From positions 64,001 to 128,000 of the forward strand of contig CAWCFT010000008.1 of assembly GCA_963794945.1 (NCBI GenBank): a stretch of DNA of 64,000 nucleotides, written 5' to 3'. The translations under genes and the position numbers were made by a program. The notes beneath the pieces were generated by a model. The model did not search any database. It saw only the letters and a list, made by a program, of their open reading frames with translations, and was not told where the DNA came from. Positions 1-8,341 of this stretch are shown in pieces (position 1 is the stretch's first letter; every line of letters starts with the position of its first letter). The DNA comes from Endomicrobiales bacterium. Lineage in GTDB: Bacteria > Elusimicrobiota > Endomicrobiia > Endomicrobiales > CAWCFT01.

Positions 1-888
1 CCCAGGCAAGGCCAGCTGCGGCAGCTGCCGTGTTCGTCACAACAAAAGCGCTTACCGCAAGGCCGCTCGCGCTAAGCGCCGAGCCCGCGTTAAAACCGAA
101 CCATCCGAACCACAAAAGGCCCGCACCGATCACTGTAAAAGGTATATTATGAGGAGGAATAGGCTGATTCTCGTAGCCTTTTCTTTTTCCAAGAAAATAG
201 CCGTTACGATAGCCGCTATACCGGCATTGATATGAACGACCGTTCCGCCCGCGAAATCAAGCGCTCCCATGTCCCTTAGGAAACCGCCGACTCCCCAAAC
301 CCAGTGAGCAACGGGGCAATAAACGAAAGTTGACCAGAGAATAGAGAAAAGCAGGAAAGCCGAGAATTTCATCCTCTCGGCAAAAGCGCCTACTATAAGC
401 GCGGGAGTTATTACCGCGAACATAGCCTGGAATATCATGAAAAGCTGGTGCGGAATGGTTGGGGATAATCCGCATACGGAGTACAGCCCGACACCGTTAA
501 GGCCTATCCATTGAAGCCCTCCCCAAAAGCCTTTAGCCGGCCCGAAAGCCAGGCTGTACCCGAAAAGGACCCACTGGAGGCTGATGACACAAAGCATTAT
601 TCCGCACTGCATGAGAATGCTTAATACATTTTTTTTCCTTACAAGGCCGCCATAGAAAAGCGCCAGGCCAGGTATGGTCATAAGCATTACAAGCGCGGTG
701 GAAGTTAAAACCCAAGACGTGTCTCCCGTATCTATTTTAGAAGAAGTTGGGGCGGGTGCGGCGGGGACAGCGGCAACCGCTGCCGGCTGGTTCTGAACTG
801 CGGACTCCTCGGCTGATATCATCACCGGCGCGACTAGAGAGGCTAAAACGAACGTCAAAAGCAATATCCGGAAATATTTTACTAACAT
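1..888 (-). CDS. amtB: Ammonium transporter, 3'-truncated by the window edge; apparent indel near 190
   Basis: Amt motifs [59 protein letters not shown]. Another frame continues [25 protein letters not shown]. Confidence 0.95.
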
Positions 889-911
889 AGTTACACTCCT
901 TAACTAGTTTT

Positions 912-990
912 AAAATAAAAAAAGCCTAAATTCCCTGCGTCTGGGATTATAGGCTTCAGTGCCGTAAAGTAATTAAAGCATCTTTGCTTT
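912..990 (-). promoter_or_regulatory. ANTAR-type dual-hairpin attenuator overlapping an intrinsic terminator, upstream of amtB
   Basis: Minus strand: AAAGC-AAAGAT-GCTTT, 11-nt linker, GGC-ACTGAA-GCC. The second hairpin's 3' arm begins the terminator AAGCCTA...TAGGCTT followed by a T run. Confidence 0.85.
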
Positions 991-1130
991 AATAATATGA
1001 ACAAATAAAAAAAAGCGCTCCTGTTGGTACAAGTAATTCGAATGGCCGTTTGGTAACCACTCATGATATTGCTTTGTATCTGTACAACTTATAGGGAATG
1101 TTATTGCACGTGATCATGCCCTGTTAATAG

Positions 1131-1469
1131 CTAGATCACCGTCTCGCCTTGTTCTCCCGTTCTTATTTTTATGGCCGAATCAATGGAAGTAATAAATATC
1201 TTCCCGTCGCCTATCTTGCCTGTCCTAGCTGAATCGACTATTATTTTTACCGTTTCATCAACATCCTTATCGTTGACGACCGTTTCTACTTTTACTTTCT
1301 GTAATAAAGGTATCTTATATTTTTCACCTCTGAACTGCTTATAGATTCCTTTCTGCTGGCCGTTTCCCCTGGCTTCAATTATAGTAATTCCACCGCGGCC
1401 GGCTTTTTCGAGCGCTATTCGGACATCTTCAGCTTTATCAGGCTGCAGTATTGCTTCAATTTTTTTCAT
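1131..1469 (-). CDS. P-II family nitrogen regulator (GlnB/GlnK-like)
   Basis: MKKIEAI start after GGAGG; T-loop with Q39, Y51, K58; TGKIGDGKIF B-loop; KIRTGE C-loop. Confidence 0.95.
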   Translation of the reverse strand: MKKIEAILQPDKAEDVRIALEKAGRGGITIIEARGNGQQKGIYKQFRGEKYKIPLLQKVKVETVVNDKDVDETVKIIVDSARTGKIGDGKIFITSIDSAIKIRTGEQGETVI

Positions 1470-1480
1470 GTCAACCTCCG

Positions 1481-3451
1481 TCAAACCCTTATAGGCAGCA
1501 AAACGAACGGAATGCCTTTTGAATAGAACAACCTTTGCATAACGAATACGGTGTAGTTGTGAAGCCAGCGCGAAATGTGAGATTCCTGTGGGAAAACGAG
1601 CTGCCCCCCGAAAAATATCGCGTTCGGGAACTTCTTAATTAGCGCCGGCATGATCTTCTCAGTTTCATTGATTACGTCTGTCCCGATCACCCGCATACCT
1701 TCCGCATAATACCCCTGGCTGCGCATGTACCGGGAATAGCGAAATACATCAGCTGTGCACTGGTCTTCAAGCTGCGTTATTTGCTCCACTCCCTTGAAAT
1801 TGCCGGCATCTATAACTCCGATCTGGACGAACACAAAGTTCTTAAAAGTCCCCTCAAACAATCGGACTATTCCGAAAAGTGTGTGAAGCCCGAGGCCGTT
1901 GAACCCATTTACGAAAATAACAGCCGTTTTTGCGGCCGGATCTAATATCTTATCCGGGACATCCTCAGGTGTGCCTACGGCGACTACGAGGTCGTTTAAC
2001 CTGCGCAGCAAGAGAGCGGTCTTGTAATAGTGGCGCTTTATTATCACTGCTAGAGCCACCAGGGCGCCGGTCATAAGCAGGGTTGCCCACCCGCCTTCGT
2101 TGAACTTTATAATGATCATCGAGACAAGAATAAACGTCGTAAGTATCATACCAATCCCGTTGACCGATATCTTCTTTTTCCACTCCTTGACTGTTTTTCT
2201 GGCCCCCCACCAGTGGCGCACCATGCCTGCTTGCGATAGAGTGAATGTTATAAAAACGTTTATGCTGTACAAAATAACCAGCAGCTGGACAGACCCACGT
2301 GTGATCAACAGCATTAGAAGCGCCGTAATACCCATGATAACGATACCGTTCTTGTTAACAAACCTATCGCTTAACATAGCGAACCGGGCAGGGAACCACC
2401 GGTCGAGCGCCATGTTCGCGAGCACCCTCGGGCCGTCAAGAAAGCCCGCCTGCGCCGCGACAAGCAGAAGGACCGCCTCTGAAAGAAGGGTTATCAGAAC
2501 GAACACGTATCCTGGCTTGCCCCAGCCGCTGGCAATCGTCTCAAAAAGGACTGCATTCAGCGTTTTCGCCGGGTTGAACTGAACGTGGTATATAAGATAG
2601 GCTGCCATAAGTCCCACAACGGTCACAGTAAGTGAAATAGCCATGTATCGCATGGTTTTCTTGGCGGTCTTGACCTTGGGGTCCCGAAGTATTGGAATCC
2701 CGTTGCTAACAGCTTCGATACCGGTGAACGTCCCCGCACCCATGCTGTAGGCTCGAAGAATTATCAGGAGCATTCCGAGAATTCCTATTTCAGAGTGAGT
2801 TTGCGAGATATCAAGGCGGGTCGCGTGAAGTAACACCGGCATTTGCCCGACATTTGAAATAAAAGCATAAGCTATGATAAAGATGTGTGTAGCCACGAAG
2901 GTAAGAAATATCGGCACAAGCGGCATGACCAATTCTTTAACCCCTCTCAGGTTCAGCACTATCATAAAAAGAAGCAAAATAGCAGAAAAATAAAGTTTAT
3001 ATTGACACAAATAGGCAGGAAGGAAGCTGAATACCGCGTCAGCGCCGCTCGCTATGGAAACCGTTATGGTAAGCACGTAATCTATAAGTAGCGCGCAGCC
3101 TGAGATCATCCCCAATTCAGGCGAAAGTAGTTTGCTCGCTACAAGATACCCTCCACCTCCGCTTGGGAAGAGCTCTATGGTTTGAGAGTAGCTTGTGCTG
3201 ATGATCATTATGGTAAATGCGCTTCCCAGGGCAACGAATAAGCTGAGATACAGGTGGCTGCCGAGAGCCAGGAACGCTTCCTGCGGGCCATAACACGACG
3301 AGGACAACCCGTCTGCGCCAAGGCCCACCCACGCGAAAAACGCCACCAGGGAAAGGTTATGAAATAACCTCGAATCGTGCGGGTCGTGCGCTTTTCCTAT
3401 GACTATATTTTTGATCTTTTGAAAAAATGACAGTTCGTTGATCTTGTTCAT
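1481..3451 (-). CDS. APC-superfamily transporter, KimA/YdaO-like
   Basis: Multi-TM; motifs GADGLSSSCYG, GGGGYLVA, LLIDYVLT, FTGIEAVSNG; soluble C-terminal domain. Confidence 0.8.
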   Translation of the reverse strand: MNKINELSFFQKIKNIVIGKAHDPHDSRLFHNLSLVAFFAWVGLGADGLSSSCYGPQEAFLALGSHLYLSLFVALGSAFTIMIISTSYSQTIELFPSGGGGYLVASKLLSPELGMISGCALLIDYVLTITVSIASGADAVFSFLPAYLCQYKLYFSAILLLFMIVLNLRGVKELVMPLVPIFLTFVATHIFIIAYAFISNVGQMPVLLHATRLDISQTHSEIGILGMLLIILRAYSMGAGTFTGIEAVSNGIPILRDPKVKTAKKTMRYMAISLTVTVVGLMAAYLIYHVQFNPAKTLNAVLFETIASGWGKPGYVFVLITLLSEAVLLLVAAQAGFLDGPRVLANMALDRWFPARFAMLSDRFVNKNGIVIMGITALLMLLITRGSVQLLVILYSINVFITFTLSQAGMVRHWWGARKTVKEWKKKISVNGIGMILTTFILVSMIIIKFNEGGWATLLMTGALVALAVIIKRHYYKTALLLRRLNDLVVAVGTPEDVPDKILDPAAKTAVIFVNGFNGLGLHTLFGIVRLFEGTFKNFVFVQIGVIDAGNFKGVEQITQLEDQCTADVFRYSRYMRSQGYYAEGMRVIGTDVINETEKIMPALIKKFPNAIFFGGQLVFPQESHISRWLHNYTVFVMQRLFYSKGIPFVLLPIRV

Positions 3452-3470
3452 ACGATGTCCAGATGATCAA

Positions 3471-3539
3471 GTAAAATTTTACCCTCCCACGTTCTTTATG
3501 GAGTGAATAAAGAACAGTGGAGAGGGTAAAATATTTTAC
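3471..3539. repeat. Long imperfect inverted repeat (~70-nt hairpin) between the P-II gene and the KimA-like gene
   Basis: GTAAAATTTTACCCTCCCACGTTCTTTAT-GGAGTGA-ATAAAGAACAGTGGAGAGGGTAAAATATTTTAC. Confidence 0.8.
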
Positions 3540-3545
3540 AGTATC

Positions 3546-3884
3546 TTAAACTGCCAGTTCGCCTTGTTCGTCAGTGCGGATCCTTACCGCATTCTCTACC
3601 GGGTAAACGAATATCTTGCCGTCGCCGACTTTGCCTGTAAAAGCCGCGTCGCGTATGGCTTTTATCGTTTTCGCAACGTTGCTGTCTTTTACTACCACTT
3701 CTACTCTTGCCTTGGTAAGCAGGCTAACCTTATACGTTTTGCCACGAACCATCGCCTCAACGCCCGCTTGAGCTCCGTGCCCTTCTATCTCAGTTATCAT
3801 TACACCAGGATGCCCTACTTTAGCGAGCACTGCTATTACTTCGCCTACTTTACTGGGACGTATTATAGCTTCAATTTTTTTCAT
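3546..3884 (-). CDS. P-II family nitrogen regulator
   Basis: MKKIEAIIRP start; RGKTY(51); TGKVGDGKIF; RIRT. Confidence 0.95.
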   Translation of the reverse strand: MKKIEAIIRPSKVGEVIAVLAKVGHPGVMITEIEGHGAQAGVEAMVRGKTYKVSLLTKARVEVVVKDSNVAKTIKAIRDAAFTGKVGDGKIFVYPVENAVRIRTDEQGELAV

Positions 3885-3908
3885 GTTAGACTCCGTTAAG
3901 AATTATTT

Positions 3909-5777
3909 TTATATAGCCAAAATTCCCTTTTCTCCGGTCCTTATCCTCATGGCGTCTTTGGCGTCCAGCACGAATATCTTGCCGTCGCCCGCCTGGCCGG
4001 TCGCGAGGATATCGCGCATTATCGCCATTATCTTTTCGACGTCCCAGTCCTTAACTACCAGGTCTACCCTGACTTTAGGTACAAAAGCGATACTATCGGT
4101 GATCTGAGTGTCGCCGTCGGCTTTGCCTTTTTGCCTGCCGAACCCTTTGACTTTTGTCACGGTCATACCAAGGATCATATCTTCATCCTTAAGCACCTCG
4201 ACAAGTATGTTCAAGGCTTCGGGACGGATAGTGGCAGATACCATTTTCATTGTATAGCTTTTCTTGACAGTCGTGATCGCGACATAGGCGAAACTCACAA
4301 GAGCCCAGCCGCCCGCGAGGTAGAAGCATATATCAGCTTCGGCCTTGGAATCGGCATTACCTATCCTGTATAGGTATATTATCGCGACAAGCATTATGAC
4401 ATTCATAACTATGCCAAGCGCCGGAATCAGTCCGTGTCTGATGAAGTTAAAGTCTTTCCTACCTTTGAACGCTATTATCGTCCATATGCAAGTAAGTCCG
4501 TACAGAATGAACGTACCGAAGTTAGACGCAAGCGATATCCCGGTAAGGCCTACAACGGAACGCACTCCAATCGCGGCTATTACGGACGAAACTATTATGA
4601 GAGTCCACAGCGCTATGTGGGGCGTCGAGAACTTCTCGTGTATGAAACCCATCATGCTGGGCAGCTCCCTGTCGCCCGCCATACCGGCGCTTACCCTCAT
4701 GGCTGTGTTCATACAGCTGAGCGTTGTGCCAATTATGGCTATAGCTACGGTGAACGCCATAGTCATCATAAGTCCGAAACCTAAGCCCGGTACCATGCTA
4801 TCGCCTATGAGCTTTGTAAGGTCGCCTATCGGCGCTCCCGAAGCCGCGGCGGCGGCCATGCCGGTCGTTGTAACTGTTCCGGTCACGTTGACCAGTTTTT
4901 CACTTATCATTGAACCCGCGCAGAAATACTCAAGCAGGTAAGCAATCAGGCCTTGGACTACCAATGATATGATTATCGCTTTTGGTATAGTTTTTGACGG
5001 TTCCTTCGTTTCGGCAGCAAGCGCCGTACAGCTTTCAAAACCAACCAGTATCAATATGGCGATAGTAGATTGTATCAATATGCCGTTCAATGAATGAGGT
5101 TTCATTATGTCCAAAGCGCCGCTAAAAGCCCACGTCGCCGCGTGTTGAGGGTTAGCAATGCGGTACCATATAGCAAGCGCGCTGAAGACCGCGAGCGATA
5201 TCCATTGAATAACATTTATCCAGATAGAGGTCGTGGTTGACCCAGTTACACCGCGGAACGCTACATATCCGGTCGCTATAGCGAATACCACGCCAATCCC
5301 CGTAAGCGACATCACTGAAAGCGTACCGCCTGTAAATTGCGTGTATATGTAGCCTATCATCGTAGCCATCATGGCGACCATTACTCCCGGGTATACCCAA
5401 TAGAACAAGTGAGCGGCCCAACCGGTCACGAGCTTGGCAATTCGCGCAAGCGATGTCGGTGTGCTTTTTACTCCCTCTTTGCCTTCAAGGAAGGATTTTT
5501 CCGCGAAATATGTCACGCTCGCGAAACCAGCTTCAGGGTATATCCTGGCCAGTTCCGAATAGGAAAGGGCAGTAAGAAAGCATATACCCAAAGCCACTAT
5601 AATACCGAACCATATGTCACCTGACACTGATGCCCCGCTCGGTGAGGCAGCGGCGGCCTGCATCTGGTATGTTATCCATAAGAACGCCCCCGGGGCTATT
5701 AACGCCATGGCATTCATCGAAGCTCCCAAAAGGCCCAGCGTTGGTTTTACTTTTGAAGTAGTTATATTTTCTGACAT
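3909..5777 (-). CDS. APC-family amino acid/amine permease fused to a C-terminal P-II domain
   Basis: About 500 aa multi-TM APC body (LSYSELARIYPEAG, VGFESCTALAAETKEP), then in frame MKMVSATIRPE...GFGRQKG...TGQAGDGKIF...MRIRTGEKG. Confidence 0.9.
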   Translation of the reverse strand: MSENITTSKVKPTLGLLGASMNAMALIAPGAFLWITYQMQAAAASPSGASVSGDIWFGIIVALGICFLTALSYSELARIYPEAGFASVTYFAEKSFLEGKEGVKSTPTSLARIAKLVTGWAAHLFYWVYPGVMVAMMATMIGYIYTQFTGGTLSVMSLTGIGVVFAIATGYVAFRGVTGSTTTSIWINVIQWISLAVFSALAIWYRIANPQHAATWAFSGALDIMKPHSLNGILIQSTIAILILVGFESCTALAAETKEPSKTIPKAIIISLVVQGLIAYLLEYFCAGSMISEKLVNVTGTVTTTGMAAAAASGAPIGDLTKLIGDSMVPGLGFGLMMTMAFTVAIAIIGTTLSCMNTAMRVSAGMAGDRELPSMMGFIHEKFSTPHIALWTLIIVSSVIAAIGVRSVVGLTGISLASNFGTFILYGLTCIWTIIAFKGRKDFNFIRHGLIPALGIVMNVIMLVAIIYLYRIGNADSKAEADICFYLAGGWALVSFAYVAITTVKKSYTMKMVSATIRPEALNILVEVLKDEDMILGMTVTKVKGFGRQKGKADGDTQITDSIAFVPKVRVDLVVKDWDVEKIMAIMRDILATGQAGDGKIFVLDAKDAMRIRTGEKGILAI

Positions 5778-5806
5778 TTTATGTTCCTCCTTTTACAAAA
5801 TCTGGA

Positions 5807-6521
5807 CTAGAAGTTTATGTCCAGTTGTGTGGTGACCATGTGGTTGACGTAACCGCCTACAGCGTTCGGGTTGTTCGGGACTACGTAGCCGAAAAGGACG
5901 CTGGTGTTCGGCGAAAAGGCGTACGAGAAACCGTACGATAGAACTCCGTAATAGCTCTGTCCCGAGGCATAATCTATTGATGCCCACCACTTGTCGTTTA
6001 TCTGCTTGTCGAAGGTAGCAATCATGCCCGTGTTCGCGGCCAGCGCCCTTCTCGTCAAGCAACAGCTTGTTGTTCCCGGCGTAATATCCTACGGTAAATC
6101 TCCCGACCGGCTTGAACGTCTTTGCTATCAGAGCGTAAACTATATTGAAATCCGTGAAGTCCGGTTTTGTACCGAAGTTCTGGCCTCCGACCGCTATCGC
6201 GGGTCTTTTGTCGCCCTCGGGCAATGCGTACTTGGCGTTGAACTGAAGCGGATCATCGGGAGCTCCGAAATAATTAGCGCCGAAATAATCAAAACCGACT
6301 TCCAGGTTCGTGATTGGGCCGTAGGTCAGGTTGACGTCCGTGGGAACGTTTACGGGCTTTGTCTTGTTATCGGTAACCGAGAAATAGTTATCGATACCCA
6401 GGTGCCATGTTTTTACTGTTTGGATGTCAGTCGACGGGTTCCATATCTGCGAGGATGGTGTGGCGTAAAGTGAAGCTGTAGTGGTAAGGCTTATAAGCAA
6501 TGACCAGAATAACTTTTTCAT
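5807..6521 (-). CDS. Probable outer-membrane beta-barrel protein (indel near 6045)
   Basis: Signal peptide, aromatic/Gly-rich amphipathic strands, C-terminal TTQLDINF ending in Phe. ORFs 5793-6521 and 5807-6058 join across one frameshift. Confidence 0.65.
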
Positions 6522-6561
6522 TTGAATGTCCTCCTTGGATTAAAACGACTTTTGCGCTTGT

Positions 6562-6633
6562 AAATAAAAAAACTACTTTCCCGGGCGTTGGGTCAAGTAG
6601 GCGTCTTTGTCTATTAGGAGGACTTCAATGTCC
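6562..6633 (-). promoter_or_regulatory. ANTAR-type dual-hairpin attenuator upstream of the beta-barrel gene
   Basis: Minus strand: GGAC-ATTGAA-GTCC, 7-nt linker, AGAC-AAAGAC-GCCT (one mismatch), overlapping terminator CTACTT...AAGTAG plus T run. Confidence 0.8.
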
Positions 6634-6663
6634 GTTCTGCTATTAAGTTGTTTACTGCTTCAA

Positions 6664-7218
6664 TTATACAAGTAAGCTTGAATAATTTCTGGTAACCTTA
6701 TCAGCTATTTGTTTCTTGTGTTTAACTATCATAACATGAGAAATGCCTAGTATCCTGCCTGTTTCTCTAACAGTGTAGCCGTTATAAAGGTAGCGGATAA
6801 TGTCTTTTTCCAGTATGGAAAGGCCGTTGTTCATTATTTTTTCGTACAACTCTGTCGATTCGAACTGTTCATTAATCCCGGGCAGACCATCAGGCAGCAT
6901 TTCTTCTAAAGAGTTAGAACCTTCCCCTCCAATTACGTCCAAAGAATTGGACGATGAGCCGAAAGGTTCATCAAGGCTCACGAGCTTCACCTGGTCTTTA
7001 ACATTTCTCAAGTAGTTCCTTATATGAAAATAACAGGCTTGCGTGATATAACTTTCTGTCTTATCTTCAAGTATGCCTTCCCGCCACATCTTCCATAGGT
7101 GAAACCTCATCTCGGCGTAGAGATCGTCCGCGTCGGTATAACTGCATATGCTTGAATATTTTGCCGCTATGTTCTTCAGTTTTTCAAAAACGGTGTAAAA
7201 ACGGGTTTCAAAGTCCAC
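6664..7218 (-). CDS. Sigma-70 family (ECF/SigH-like) sigma factor
   Basis: Region-2-like DADDLYAEMRFHLWK...IRNYLR, VSLDEP linker, region-4 HTH YLYNGYTVRETGRILGISHVMI. Confidence 0.75.
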   Translation of the reverse strand: MDFETRFYTVFEKLKNIAAKYSSICSYTDADDLYAEMRFHLWKMWREGILEDKTESYITQACYFHIRNYLRNVKDQVKLVSLDEPFGSSSNSLDVIGGEGSNSLEEMLPDGLPGINEQFESTELYEKIMNNGLSILEKDIIRYLYNGYTVRETGRILGISHVMIVKHKKQIADKVTRNYSSLLV

Positions 7219-7939
7219 TTAAAACACCTCCTTCCTTGTCAACGATAATAAGCGCTCCGTTATCCATAAGCGTCCACTCAAAACCTGGCAGCGGCTCGGA
7301 ACAAAATGAGAAAGAGTGCCGCTCTGAATTGGAGAAATACAGCGTGTAATATTCTTCGTCTTCAGAAAAATCCCTGAACCCGATCAGATATTTTTTGTTA
7401 GACAGCAGGAATGTCAAAGATGTACACTTGCACACCGCTTTTATCTTGCTGACAGCACCCTTTATCAGTTCCTGATATTCATCAATTTGTTTATTGCCTA
7501 GCGTGCTTATCAGGTATTTGAAAAATCTCTCTGAATCCGTGCCGCCCTCATACGAGTATCCTGGAATCTCTATATTTTCAGGCTTTTCCACTGTCCCGTT
7601 GTGGCAGAATATCCATTCCTTATATATGAAAGGGTGTGAATTTTCAATCATAATGCCGCCTTCCGAAGCGCTTCTCATATGCGCAATGACTATTTTTGAT
7701 TTTGAAGCCACGGCTTTAGCCGTTGCTTTTTCGTAATCTTCAGTTTCAACCGCGGCGTTACCGGAACTTCTTCCGAAATGCACCGTCCAACCACCGAGGT
7801 AACCGGCTACGCCCCACCCATCGCCATGACCTTCTTTCATGGTCCTCAGGCTGTTGCCTTCGAGCGACAGCCTTTGAAAATCTTCGAACCACAGCGGTGA
7901 TATTTTATTATTAGAAGCAAGCCCTATCATTCTGCACAT
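7208..7939 (-). CDS. Class II (Ntn) glutamine amidotransferase, YafJ/EgtC-like
   Basis: Start MCRMIG after AGGAGG (Cys2 nucleophile); HGDGWG, AHMRSAS, NSHPF, FCHNG, TDSE. Confidence 0.9.
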   Translation of the reverse strand: MCRMIGLASNNKISPLWFEDFQRLSLEGNSLRTMKEGHGDGWGVAGYLGGWTVHFGRSSGNAAVETEDYEKATAKAVASKSKIVIAHMRSASEGGIMIENSHPFIYKEWIFCHNGTVEKPENIEIPGYSYEGGTDSERFFKYLISTLGNKQIDEYQELIKGAVSKIKAVCKCTSLTFLLSNKKYLIGFRDFSEDEEYYTLYFSNSERHSFSFCSEPLPGFEWTLMDNGALIIVDKEGGVLSGL

Positions 7940-8035
7940 CTGATCCTCCTGCCGAAACATCTGGCGGATTCGGTTCGAATAAATGCTCAAATCGTATCAA
8001 TTAGTCCTATGTCAGAACAACCAATGTTCCTTTAA

Positions 8036-8112
8036 ACAAAAAAAGTCTTCAAACCCCGTTAAACGAGATCTAAAGACTTCATAGTCTTTCGGTTTTCCAA
8101 GCGCCTATGCTT
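8036..8112 (-). promoter_or_regulatory. ANTAR-type dual-hairpin attenuator
   Basis: Minus strand: AAGC-ATAGGC-GCTT, linker, AAAGAC-TATGAA-GTCTTT, overlapping terminator AAGTCTT...AAGACTT plus T run. Confidence 0.75.
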
Positions 8113-8133
8113 TAGAAAACCATTCACTGCTTT

Positions 8134-8181
8134 AAAATTAAAAATCCCCAAATCGAAACCGATTCGAGGACTTCTTTGTCC
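8134..8181 (-). promoter_or_regulatory. Single ANTAR-like hairpin overlapping a terminator
   Basis: GGAC-AAAGAA-GTCC overlapping AAGTCCTCGAATCGGTTTCGATTTGGGGATTTTT. Confidence 0.65.
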
Positions 8182-8190
8182 TGCACCAAT

Positions 8191-8218
8191 ATTATAGCAC
8201 TTTAATCGTATTTGTCAA
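8191..8218 (-). promoter_or_regulatory. Sigma-70 promoter of the nitrogen locus
   Basis: TTGACA-16 nt-TATAAT with extended -10 TG. Confidence 0.75.
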
Positions 8219-8240
8219 GTATTGCAATCTGATCAAAGGA

Positions 8241-8337
8241 TTAAAAGTTCAAGGTTCAATTCAACTACTAAATCAAAATTAACAAGCAACGGCCTATATC
8301 TTACCTTTGAACCTTGAACCCTTGAACTTTTCAACCC
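8241..8337. repeat. Inverted short-repeat array, family 1 (GGTTCAA / TTGAACC)
   Basis: aaaagttcaaggttcaattcaa ... tttgaaccttgaacccttgaacttttcaa. Confidence 0.75.
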
Positions 8338-8341
8338 TGCT

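Noticed and set aside
1001..1110. Possible additional ANTAR attenuator after the P-II gene
   Set aside because: A T tract and a long imperfect stem are present, but the candidate hexaloop stems do not pair properly. At best it is a decayed copy.
2100..6473. Long plus-strand ORFs (e.g. 2100-2582, 4345-4941, 5991-6473) and similar antisense ORFs elsewhere
   Set aside because: They are shadows of well-supported opposite-strand genes and have no recognisable motifs.
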